Part shown: positions 35,763 through 45,400 of the stretch, one piece after another
How the letters are laid out: every line of letters starts with the position of its first letter
How positions within the stretch are numbered: the first letter of the stretch is position 1
The notes under the pieces: generated by a model
What the model saw: only the letters and a program-made list of their open reading frames with translations
What the model was told of the DNA's origin: nothing
The model's database searches: none
Program-made: the position numbers and the translations under genes
IMG/VR virus record: IMGVR_UViG_3300046517_002304
Span: 62,001 to 126,000 of that record
Reading direction: 5' to 3' (one strand)
DNA: 64,000 nt

Positions 35763-38072
35763 CTAAAAACTACCTGTTCTATTTACTGTGATGGTTGTGA
35801 AAATAAACTCTGCCGTTGGGGTTGGCTGAATTCCAATATTTGCACGTAACTCATGTCGGTCAATTACGTCAGGTGTGTTAAGCGTACTATCGCACTGCAC
35901 GAAGAATTTGCTAATTCCTGACTGTAGCTGAATGTTTGTAAGAATTCCGGTTGCAATTATTGTAAATCTGGTCTCAAGTTTCGCGTCATGCTGTTCAAAC
36001 AGTAGAACGCCCGCTTGCGCTTGTATTTGCTTCTTTGCGAAGAACAACATTCTGGTCGCGTTAATGCGGTTCAAGGCTGTTGGAAGTCGCTGTAGCGTCT
36101 TGTTTCCCCAGATAGCGAAGCCAACACCATTTCTGTTGATGATTGGATTAACCGCGTTCTGATTGCCATACATTGCGTTTCGTTCCGTTAGTGATGGGAA
36201 TGAGAACACGTCTTCAATGGAATCAACTCGGCCTCTAGTTTCACCAGCAGCCGCGTCCCAAGGACCATTGCCGACGTTGTCCGAAAACGCAAAAGTGCCA
36301 AGTGCTGGACCTGATGGGGGAACCCATACGTCAACGCCATTACTTAAGTCTGCGTATTTGCACCAAGGATAAAACAATGCAGCAGACTTGCTGTCAAATC
36401 TGTCACCATTTAATGGGTGAGCGCCGTTTTGCCATTGGACGATTTCTGTTGGTGATAGACCGAATGGAGGATCAACAAAGGCCATGCAGTCATCTCTGCC
36501 CTCTGCAACAGCAATAAGAGCGGTCGCGATTGATGTTGATGTGTGGCCAGGAACTGCTAGAAGATCAACGTTAACCTGATCTGCATCAGAGAATAACTGT
36601 AGTCCTGTTCCGGCTCCCGCGTCCCCGATCAGTAGAAGGTCTTGATTTTCTGGATCAGCAGGAATACCGTCTGTGCCGCCTGATAGATCATATGTGCCTG
36701 GTAGTGGAAGCGCGGCGACAGCCGTATTGTCCGTGACCGTAACATAATTACTAACCTGAGGAAGGTATGTGCCGATATAGAAATCACTTGTTGAATCTTT
36801 TGTTAGATTGCCGTAAGATTCAACTTGATTTCCGTTAGTATAAACTGTAAACGAGAAAGTTCCGTCACCGTTAGCGTTGTTCGCAATGGTAACGGATGTT
36901 AGGTTGCCCTCAATACCTGGCGAGTCAGCCTGTAGCGTGAAAGTTACATCACCGCTGGAGTTTGAGCTACCAGTGACGATACCATCAGTATAAGTGTTGT
37001 TATCTGTGGATGTTCCGCTTGGGCTGGTTCCATAAGCAGTTGTGTTAGAAAAACCAAAAATTGTATCGGTTGTGCTAGCAGATTTGACGAGAATAGCAGC
37101 ATCTCTACCAGAATGATTAGTAGTTAGCTTTAAGCTGTTGCTTACGGCACTTGCTGTAAAGCCGCCTGGGATATCTCCGTTGGTTATTGCGTCATTAATA
37201 AGCGTAACTATATCAGTAAGAGCGTTGTCCATTCCTTCAATGGAAGAGAAATCAATTACTTGAACAATGCCGTCAATAGCAGTGCTGTCTGTTCCGTCAA
37301 CTACAACCAGTAGATTAAGACCCGTTAATCCTGTAAAATCATAATCCCCATCAGTTGTGTAAACATTGTTTGGGTATTTTGTTGCGGTACCAGTAAGTGA
37401 CGCTGCTGTCATTAGGGTTCCCAGTCCGGTAACCGATGCTGGACCATACATTGAATTCTTAATAGAAACTAACTCTAGTGATGCTCCTATCCCATAAGAG
37501 AAAGTCGTTTGAACTGAAATTTTATTTGAGCCATTGACATAAAATTCAATTCCGTCTTGTGGAACTAGTTGTGAATTAAGGCTAAGCATTAGCTCACTTA
37601 CATTATAAGTTCCGGCTAGAGCAACTATGGTTTTAGAAGCCAGAATACCGTTTAAGCGCCATCTGAAAAATGAATCTACTGCGAAAACGTATGAACCAGC
37701 AGTGTTAGACTGAATTTGGACTTGGCCACCGGCCGCGTCAACGCTTACGCCAGCTAGTTGTGCTGATTCACCCGATACTGAGTTGTTATCTGCAACTCTG
37801 ACTAATATTACCGAGCTTGCGTTTTGCAAAACTATCTCGGCAGCATAAATCATGTGTGGGTCGCCAGACGCTGGGTAAGGATGACCAAACTTTGTGTATA
37901 AGTCAGCCCGCGAAGTCACAACTGTAGGCCGATTAATCGGACCCTTGGATGCGAAGCCTACCAACCCAATGTTATGAGGATTAGTGGTTGGCGGGAGTAA
38001 AGAATTATCAACTTCCCGCACGATAACTTGCGGACTGATTGTGTTGCTATCTGGAAATCCTGTTTGAGCCAT
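35763..38072 (-). CDS. gp18: Contractile tail sheath protein (gp18-like)
   Basis: ISPQVIVREVD, GFASKGP, C-terminal VPPSG, AAGETRG, NAVNPI, WGNKTL, RINATRM. Confidence 0.95.
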   Translation of the reverse strand: MAQTGFPDSNTISPQVIVREVDNSLLPPTTNPHNIGLVGFASKGPINRPTVVTSRADLYTKFGHPYPASGDPHMIYAAEIVLQNASSVILVRVADNNSVSGESAQLAGVSVDAAGGQVQIQSNTAGSYVFAVDSFFRWRLNGILASKTIVALAGTYNVSELMLSLNSQLVPQDGIEFYVNGSNKISVQTTFSYGIGASLELVSIKNSMYGPASVTGLGTLMTAASLTGTATKYPNNVYTTDGDYDFTGLTGLNLLVVVDGTDSTAIDGIVQVIDFSSIEGMDNALTDIVTLINDAITNGDIPGGFTASAVSNSLKLTTNHSGRDAAILVKSASTTDTIFGFSNTTAYGTSPSGTSTDNNTYTDGIVTGSSNSSGDVTFTLQADSPGIEGNLTSVTIANNANGDGTFSFTVYTNGNQVESYGNLTKDSTSDFYIGTYLPQVSNYVTVTDNTAVAALPLPGTYDLSGGTDGIPADPENQDLLLIGDAGAGTGLQLFSDADQVNVDLLAVPGHTSTSIATALIAVAEGRDDCMAFVDPPFGLSPTEIVQWQNGAHPLNGDRFDSKSAALFYPWCKYADLSNGVDVWVPPSGPALGTFAFSDNVGNGPWDAAAGETRGRVDSIEDVFSFPSLTERNAMYGNQNAVNPIINRNGVGFAIWGNKTLQRLPTALNRINATRMLFFAKKQIQAQAGVLLFEQHDAKLETRFTIIATGILTNIQLQSGISKFFVQCDSTLNTPDVIDRHELRANIGIQPTPTAEFIFTTITVNRTGSF

Positions 38073-38192
38073 GTGTATATTATCTCCAACTCAATAAATG
38101 TGCTATAGAGTATGTAGTTTTGAGCTATTTAATTTGTTGAAGATTAACTTGATGTGGGATAAAGGTATTTAGAGGATTTGTGCTATGAAATT

Positions 38193-38426
38193 CTAAACAT
38201 GCCTGATCTTAATTAATTTTTTGGCCTCAAGCTGCTTGATGTGATCCGTCATTTTTTCGTCTGGAATAGTAATAACGTTTAATCCACCACCTATGCCGGG
38301 GATGTTAAGTGATTTAAAGGCCCTAGTAGTATTAACACACGCCTGTTGCTTTTTATTATAACTTCCTTGAGTAGATTTAACTAAAATTTGAATTGGCCCT
38401 TTGGTTTTATTGGTGATTTCTAGCAA
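38193..38426 (-). CDS. Small hypothetical protein between gp15 and gp18
   Basis: 77 aa; overlaps the gp15 stop. Confidence 0.6.
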   Translation of the reverse strand: MLEITNKTKGPIQILVKSTQGSYNKKQQACVNTTRAFKSLNIPGIGGGLNVITIPDEKMTDHIKQLEAKKLIKIRHV

Positions 38427-39367
38427 TTTTTTAGCTCCTCTACTGATTTAATGTCTGTTGAAATTACTGCCTTAATGTCGTTTGGATCTACGGCATCTAC
38501 CATGTCTACTACCGTTTTAAGAACTGCCTTCTTGCGAATAATAGGTTGCGGTAGGTATGTTTCTGCCATAAGTGAAAACTGGTATTTAATTGTACGAAAC
38601 TCTGTATCTCCCACGTCTACGTTTAAGTTATTACTTATACTAGTCATGGTAACCGGGATTTCCCAATGTACGCCAGACACCTTAATATAAGTCATTTTAG
38701 GAATTATTAGTTTAATTTGTGTTAAAATTTGCATCATATCAGCGATATACGTGGTCCAAGCAGTTAATGTATACCCGATGTTAAGAGGAATACCTCTAGA
38801 AAAACTTAAAACTGTGTCTCGCTCAAACTGCTCATTAACAGTAGACCCTGGTTTGCCGTCTGGCCTAGGAAATGACCTAGTAACTTCTTCATAAGTATAT
38901 CTTTTTTCATCAAAGGTATACTCTGATGCATAAATTGACATGATAGGCAAAGGTATTCTATCGGCAATTAGAGAATTATCTTTTCTTACACTTGCTTGCA
39001 GAATTGCCGCCACTGCCTTTTCTTGCGTTCCCCAAATTATCGGCACCGTATGATCTTTGCCTTCTACATCTAAAACTATAATACTGGAGAATAAATCCTT
39101 CATTGCCATATCTGTACCGCGTAATGATTGAGGATAGCGATTAATCACACCACGGTCAGGGTCACTTGTATCGTTGATAATTTTACCAGACTGCATTGGC
39201 GAGCAATTTGCTCTTTTGCCTAATGAATCATCTTCAGTTGAATCTAAGAATGGAACGTTATTTAGATTTGGTCTGTTTAAAGGATCAGCAGGACTACATT
39301 TATTACGAAGCGGATCAGTTATAAATGATGGGATATCTGAAGGAAATTGACAAGGATTATCAGGCAT
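38420..39367 (-). CDS. gp15: Tail terminator / sheath stabiliser (gp15-like)
   Basis: VPIIWGTQEK, IPLPIMSI, PLNIGYTLTAWT...QILTQI, IKYQFSLMAETYL; TAAATA-N4-ATG. Confidence 0.8.
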   Translation of the reverse strand: MPDNPCQFPSDIPSFITDPLRNKCSPADPLNRPNLNNVPFLDSTEDDSLGKRANCSPMQSGKIINDTSDPDRGVINRYPQSLRGTDMAMKDLFSSIIVLDVEGKDHTVPIIWGTQEKAVAAILQASVRKDNSLIADRIPLPIMSIYASEYTFDEKRYTYEEVTRSFPRPDGKPGSTVNEQFERDTVLSFSRGIPLNIGYTLTAWTTYIADMMQILTQIKLIIPKMTYIKVSGVHWEIPVTMTSISNNLNVDVGDTEFRTIKYQFSLMAETYLPQPIIRKKAVLKTVVDMVDAVDPNDIKAVISTDIKSVEELKNC

Positions 39368-39403
39368 AATGTATTTACTGCTATTTGACGATAATATAGT
39401 GCT

Positions 39404-40153
39404 ATGATACTCAATACTTCGTGCGAAAAAGCATTTCCTATTTTTAAAGATAAAGCAGTGCAGTGCGTGATTACATCACCGCCATATTGCACAGGTAAAA
39501 AATATGAGGTCAAACAAACTTTAGATGAGTACCTTTCTTTTTATCCTCCGATAATAAAGCAGCTTAAAAGGATATTACATGAAACTGGAAGTATATTTTG
39601 GCAAGTCGGGAACTTTGTAGAAAATGGCGAGATATTCCCTTTAGATATTTATTTTTATAATATGTTTAAAGCAGAAGGTTTTCAGCTAAGAAATAGAATC
39701 ATCTGGCATTTTGGACACGGATTGCACTGCAAACATAGGTTTAGTGGTAGATACGAAACCATTTTGTTTTTTACTAAGTCAGATAATTACATTTTTAATT
39801 TGGACTCAGTAAGGATTCCGTCTAAGTATCCTAATAAAAAGCACTATAAGGGAGAAAAAAAGGGTCAACTATCAGGAAATCCCCTTGGTAAAAATCCATC
39901 TGATGTCTGGAGTATTTGTAACGTGAAGCATAATCATCCAGAAAAGACAATTCATCCCTGTAGCTTCCCAATGGAATTATGCCGTAGGTGTATTTTAGTC
40001 AGCACAAACCCAGGCGACATTGTTTTAGATCCATTTTGTGGCACCGGAGCAGCATGTATGGCCGCTAAAGGTCTTTATAGGGAATATTATGGTATTGATA
40101 CTTGTGAAGAATATTGCACAGTAGCAAAAGAAAGATTGGGCGAAACATGTTAG
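39404..40153 (+). CDS. DNA methyltransferase, probably N4-cytosine (beta class)
   Basis: TSPPY, HPCSFP, DPFCGTG. Confidence 0.92.
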   Translation: MILNTSCEKAFPIFKDKAVQCVITSPPYCTGKKYEVKQTLDEYLSFYPPIIKQLKRILHETGSIFWQVGNFVENGEIFPLDIYFYNMFKAEGFQLRNRIIWHFGHGLHCKHRFSGRYETILFFTKSDNYIFNLDSVRIPSKYPNKKHYKGEKKGQLSGNPLGKNPSDVWSICNVKHNHPEKTIHPCSFPMELCRRCILVSTNPGDIVLDPFCGTGAACMAAKGLYREYYGIDTCEEYCTVAKERLGETC

Positions 40154-40353
40154 TAAGAATTGGAAATGAAAGAGTTTCTTTGATCAACGATATTAAATTA
40201 CACGTTAATCAAGTTAGATTAGCGCGCATGGTAGACGCCGCGGTATCCGCAAGAAAACCACTTTATATCGACAATGTTGAACTAAGTGAATATGAACTTA
40301 AAATTATGCAGTGTGAATGGAAGGAAATAAATGAAACCACAAAAATTAATTAA
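40147..40353 (+). CDS. Hypothetical protein
   Basis: ATG 40147 overlaps the MTase stop. Confidence 0.5.
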   Translation: MLVRIGNERVSLINDIKLHVNQVRLARMVDAAVSARKPLYIDNVELSEYELKIMQCEWKEINETTKIN

Positions 40354-40471
40354 GGCAACATCTTCAAAAAAGAAGGACTACGTATTTGTTTCGCCACCTT
40401 TAGCCGAGGAAAAGGAAAAAGTTAAAGTTCCTCTAGTGTTATTGCCAGTTAAAGAAAAGGAAGAAAAATAA
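40331..40471 (+). CDS. Small Lys/Glu/Pro-rich protein (46 aa)
   Basis: Hand-translated MKPQKLIKATSSKKKDYVFVSPPLAEEKEK...; AAGGA upstream. Confidence 0.45.
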   Translation: MKPQKLIKATSSKKKDYVFVSPPLAEEKEKVKVPLVLLPVKEKEEK

Positions 40472-40483
40472 GCTACCTTAGAG

Positions 40484-40843
40484 TTATTGTTTGCTTTTGT
40501 TTTCTAGATGCTGACGATACCGCTCCTTTAACTCTGTATAGCTCTCATTTTTCTGCTTTCTTCTTACCTGACACAACTGGCAAAGCGCGATATGCGCTAT
40601 AAATGAATAAGCAAAGAATGGCGTAGCTTTTCCTCTTAGAGATTTAGATTCATAATACTCTATTTTTTCCATGCATACATTAATAATTTTTTCATAATCA
40701 TCTCGGCCAATGATCATTCTCTTATATTCCACCATGGATTCTGCTATTTCTTTTATGGCTTTTCTAAGGTTAGTATCATCATCTTTGTTGAAGTATGCTT
40801 TTATGTAATTTTTAAGCTGCCGCTCGGTTGGTGATCTTTTCAT
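40484..40843 (-). CDS. Degenerate gp55-like sigma factor paralogue
   Basis: ATPFFAYSFI...SYTELKERYRQHLENKSK aligns with KAFSFFTQII...GYNELKLKYQEHLKSKDK of 33290..33760. Confidence 0.6.
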   Translation of the reverse strand: MKRSPTERQLKNYIKAYFNKDDDTNLRKAIKEIAESMVEYKRMIIGRDDYEKIINVCMEKIEYYESKSLRGKATPFFAYSFIAHIALCQLCQVRRKQKNESYTELKERYRQHLENKSKQ

Positions 40844-40845
40844 AT

Positions 40846-41886
40846 TTATTTCCTGATATAAAGGTTTTGGGTTGTCTCAAGACATTGTTTTCTATTCACT
40901 ATTCTGCTAATGCCGCTACGATCCATCCCGGTAATTTTTGCTATTTTTCTTGCCGAATTGCCTTCATTCCATAAATTGATTACCTGTATAATATTATCTT
41001 TTGTAAATTTTCTTTTTGTTTTTAACTTACTATTAGGGTTATTGTTCTTACTACGAACAATCCGATGAATCGTTGTTCTACTAATAGAAAACTTTTGAGC
41101 CAGATCCTTGCATAGCATAGATTTTTTATTATATGCGTCAACAATAAAAGCAATTTGCTCTTGTTTTAAAGTAATGGGATCGTACTTATCTTTATTTATG
41201 ACCCCAGCATTTTCTATGCTTAGCTTACGGCTGAAACATTGAATTTTGCAGATAAATGGATGGATTCCAGAAATAAATGCCAAGTAATCTTTTTGTGATA
41301 TGTTGAGTGTTGGGTGGCCTAATTTATCTATGTGTATCGTAAAAGTTAAATTTAAGGATGATTTCAATTTTTCCGATAGAAATTTTACCTCGGAAACCTG
41401 AAAGCCATTGGTTGATATTCTAATCGCTTTTTTCCTTGGATTATTCGTTCCATCATCCATATACCAGTAAGATAAAACTTCCCAGTTCATCGGAATATCA
41501 GCGGGTACTATTTTTATTCTGCGACCCTGTTTATTATAAGCGTAATTTCCATCTGAATTTCGTAAGTACCATTTTTTCTCTAATTTAGTAAATTCTTCGT
41601 GGCATTTAGTTCTAAATCGCACAGAATAGAATGATTTGCTATAGTCTTTTCCTATTATTCCTAATCCAGGTTTATTTAAAACGCCCGGTACAGTTTCGTA
41701 GGACAGTTTACCATTAAAATCAGAAAAAGCAAGCTGTGCGTTCAAAACATATTCTTCGTGTTGTATACATTGTTTAAAGCTAAAATGAGAGTTCCATTTT
41801 GAATTTAGGACTTTTTCTAACATTCCATCGCCTAACATATGTCCAGTAATTCTATTAAGCTGCGATTCGGTTAATTTACTGTCCAT
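40846..41886 (-). mobile_element. LAGLIDADG homing endonuclease with two C-terminal HTH domains
   Basis: ITGHMLGDG and LSYWYMDDG motifs; CKDLAQKFSISRTTI and SARKIAKITGMDRSGI. Confidence 0.88.
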
Positions 41887-41917
41887 ATATATTTATCGGT
41901 TAAATATAGACAAATAC

Positions 41918-41932
41918 TTACTAAATAGTTTA
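41918..41932 (+). promoter_or_regulatory. Late-promoter-like element TTACTAAATAGTTTA (copy 1)
   Basis: Exact 15-nt match to 50929..50943; followed by AGGAA and ATG 41954. Confidence 0.6.
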
Positions 41933-41953
41933 TATTCTTATTAGGAAATTACG

Positions 41954-42352
41954 ATGACGTTAGTGAGTCCTTTCCAAGGCCAAATTGCTCTTATGCAAAC
42001 TGCTTTGAATTATCAAGCAGGCAGCAACCTTACCTGCCATTTGTTTACTAACAATCATACTGTTGCAGATGCAGATACACTGGCGTCTTATACGGAAAGC
42101 AGTGCAGCCGGATACAGCCAAATTACGTTGACAGGCACGTCCTGGACAATTTCGAATATCAGCGGGACCGTTACGGCGACTTATCCAGCCGTTACATTTA
42201 GTTATAGCGCAGGGGAAACCGCTTACGGATATTACATCCTTCAAGACGTCATTCCTGTAATATCAGAGAACTTCTCTAGTAGCTTTGTAATACCGTCGGG
42301 CGGCGGAGCCATAGTTGTTGGTCCACGTATAACTTCAGCAGACCACTGCTAA
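41954..42352 (+). CDS. Small virion structural protein (tail fibre-associated type)
   Basis: HLFTNN..V...DTLASYTE...GY..ITL...SW; late box plus AGGAA. Confidence 0.7.
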   Translation: MTLVSPFQGQIALMQTALNYQAGSNLTCHLFTNNHTVADADTLASYTESSAAGYSQITLTGTSWTISNISGTVTATYPAVTFSYSAGETAYGYYILQDVIPVISENFSSSFVIPSGGGAIVVGPRITSADHC

Positions 42353-42355
42353 TTT

Positions 42356-42457
42356 TTAATTATTAAAAAAGCAAAAATATATTAGCATAATTACTTGGAC
42401 TGCCCAAAATCCTACTGCTATCGATGTCATGATTATATCAGACCGGTCAAGCTTCAT
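42356..42457 (-). CDS. Putative 33-aa membrane peptide
   Basis: Hand-translated MKLDRSDIIMTSIAVGFWAVQVIMLIYFCFFNN. Confidence 0.35.
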   Translation of the reverse strand: MKLDRSDIIMTSIAVGFWAVQVIMLIYFCFFNN

Positions 42458-42488
42458 ATTAACTATATCGTCATTTCGTAAGAATATC

Positions 42489-45400
42489 TTAAACTTGTTT
42501 GCCGCATTCTATATTGGGAAGCGGGTCTGTAAAAGAACACCTGCCGGCCCGACGTTCGGCATCAACAACTTGTTCCTCTAGATATGCGGTTGCAATGGCT
42601 AGCGCATTAGATGGTGTGCATAGATCGTACTCATTCCAATTTCTGTTAAACGTATCGACATACATAATTAACCCTGCATCGTTGACGATTCTTACTTTTT
42701 TAATTGCCACTTTGTCTAGAACTCCAACTCTGGCCTGCCGGCAATCGTAAACAACAGAGCCAACCATGTATTTGGCGAAGTATCCATAGAAAACATCTAT
42801 GTCAGCACACCCACCGAAAATTAATCCACCAGTTCCATTAACTAATCTAAGAACGATTAGAATACACTCGCATGTCATATCGCAAAAAGCATTACGGACA
42901 ATTTGTCCAGATGAATGAATATTAGATGCACAAATTATGCTACATTGGTCTAATTCGCCTTCTTTACCTGATGCAGATAAGCCACAAGTACATGTAACAT
43001 GACAAGTTGCCATATGTTGAACATTAAAAGATATTGCAACAGCGGACGAGCAAGGCAAAACAAGAGCAATCTTATGGTCAACGTGACCTGTCGCATTGAA
43101 TGAACAAACATTCGTAAATGTTGCGGTTTCAACCAAGGGAAGAAATTGTTGTAAAGTGATTTGGCCCGATGGAACGAACGATCCTAACCCTAAGCCAAAC
43201 AATACGCTGTTAGTTGTAGTGTCATAAATTCCCTGAGTCTCAATTATTTCACCATATGTAAATGTGCTGTTGTAGCTGTAATAAAAGGATTCAGTTGACC
43301 ATGTTGTACCTCCGTCATTTGAATAGCTAAATGCCGGCTGTTGTGCACCAAATCTCCCAAAAAACATCAGTCGGCCAGTAGGCGTAATAATTAATGATGC
43401 TTCGCTTGGTAACGGAACATGAGTATTATTAAAGATTTGAATGGGCGACGACCATGTTGCTCCATTGTCAGTTGACACGGTTGTCCAGTAGCCCTTGTCT
43501 GCCGTAGTTAACGAATCGCCTCTAAGAACGCCGAAGATATTTCCATTAGCCTTCTGAACGAAAGCCATGAATCCAAATCTTTTGCCACTAGCAGAAGTAA
43601 CAATATGTTCATTCCCCCAGGTGGCTCCGTTATCCGAGCTGGTAACGACAGTAATTGCATCGTTAAGAGCTGTTAGGCCGATCAATAGATTGCCGTTTTG
43701 CAGCCTTAATGCCGGACCACATGGTGCGGCATCAGCAAATACACCACTAGTTATAGTAGCTAGAGCTGACCATGTTATAGAAAGATCATTATTGACAATG
43801 CCCTTAACGATCTTTGCGGTGTTATTGGAACCAGAATTTAACTGATCCACATATGAAACAAGAATGGTGCCATCAGTTAAGACCGCCACTCTGCCGTAGT
43901 CAAAGCTACGGCCGGTTGTAGGCGTTAAAATTGTGGTGGCTGCTGACCACGTTAGACCATTGTCTGACGACGTTCTAAATACTAGATTTGCACTAATTCC
44001 AGTGCCGTCACCGATATGATAGGTGCAAAGTAATCGCCCATCTAATAGTCGGCCCAGGCCAGCGCCATAATTATTCGCTCCGTCATTAACAGCATCTGAT
44101 GTATATCCGAATCTAATTTCTGGCCTGATACTAAAGATATCATTAAGATAATTTTGTATATAGACGTTTAAGTTGCGAACATCAGCCCCAGTCATACCCC
44201 TTCCAATGGATATCGCCGATACAGTAGATGTTGTTACGGAACTAGCCGAAGCCCCGGAACCCACTGTGCGGAATACTTCTGATGGCATTGATGCTGCGCC
44301 AGTGCTATGTAGAAGTGGTATGCCCGCATAATAGCCATAAACACTATTGCTAGCTACTCTAGTTGCTCCGAAAAGTCCTGTTTTTGTTACTAATCCAGTT
44401 GGCTCTAATGATGATGTTGAACTATCGCCAGCATTACAAGCCCATTGATACCTCGGCCCAGGAGTGTATACTTGGATATAATTTTTATCATCTAATGATG
44501 TGCCTAGAAGAAGCCCGTTATCACCACCGGGGGCCGTGGCACGCCATGCAAAAACTGACGCGCTGTTTAAGGCAAAATTTGGCGTGCCTACGGTTGGATT
44601 AAATGTTGTATTAATATATGAGCTATTTGTACCACTGCCAACGTATCCTGAATTAGTAGTGAACGTCAAACTTCCTACAACGCTTGAATTGAAAGAACTT
44701 TGTATTAGGTTTGTCAAAGCAGTTGCCGTATCTGCGGCGGCGTAGATATTTAAAATATCTATTTTAGACCAAACACCATCGGCATATAGTCCATCTATAA
44801 GTGTACTATATGCTGCTGCACGATTGGTATCTGGATAAGTGGCAAGACGATTAAGAAATTGTAAAGATTGCGGGGATGGTAAAGTAGCACTAATGCTAAG
44901 AGGAATAAATTGTTGGAACACAATTTGAGCCGCATTAAAATCGCCAACGGCTATAGCATACATCAGGGTCTGCGTAGATGCGTCGTAAAATCCTTGAGAA
45001 TATACGTAAGACCCAGTGAAAAATTGCCCTATTGTATAAATGGTGATTGGAGTGGACCATGTAATTCCACCGTCGTGAGAATAGACATACCCGACTGATG
45101 TATTTGGCGTATTTGAAACACTCGCAAAACGACTTACAAAAAACAAGTCGCCATTTGGCTCTCTTAATAATGCCGGCCTAGCTGGCTCTGGGGCGATAGT
45201 ATTATTGAAAATTTGAACTGGTATTGCCCAGGTGGCTCCATTATCTTTAGATGATGTCCTCCAGTATCCCTTACGAGATGGAGTACCTCCGTTATCATTG
45301 CGAATAATTCCGTAAATTATACCATTTGAAAATTGTATAAAATTTGATTCACTCCAGTCATCACCAGTTCCGTTCGATGTAATCTGAACATCGCCACCCC

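Noticed and set aside
38073-38192. tRNA or structured ncRNA in the larger intergenic gaps (also 50849..50971 and 51413..51520)
   Set aside because: No cloverleaf, T-loop or extended pairing seen; the content is explained by late boxes, RBSs and terminators. An Infernal or tRNAscan run would be needed to exclude them fully.
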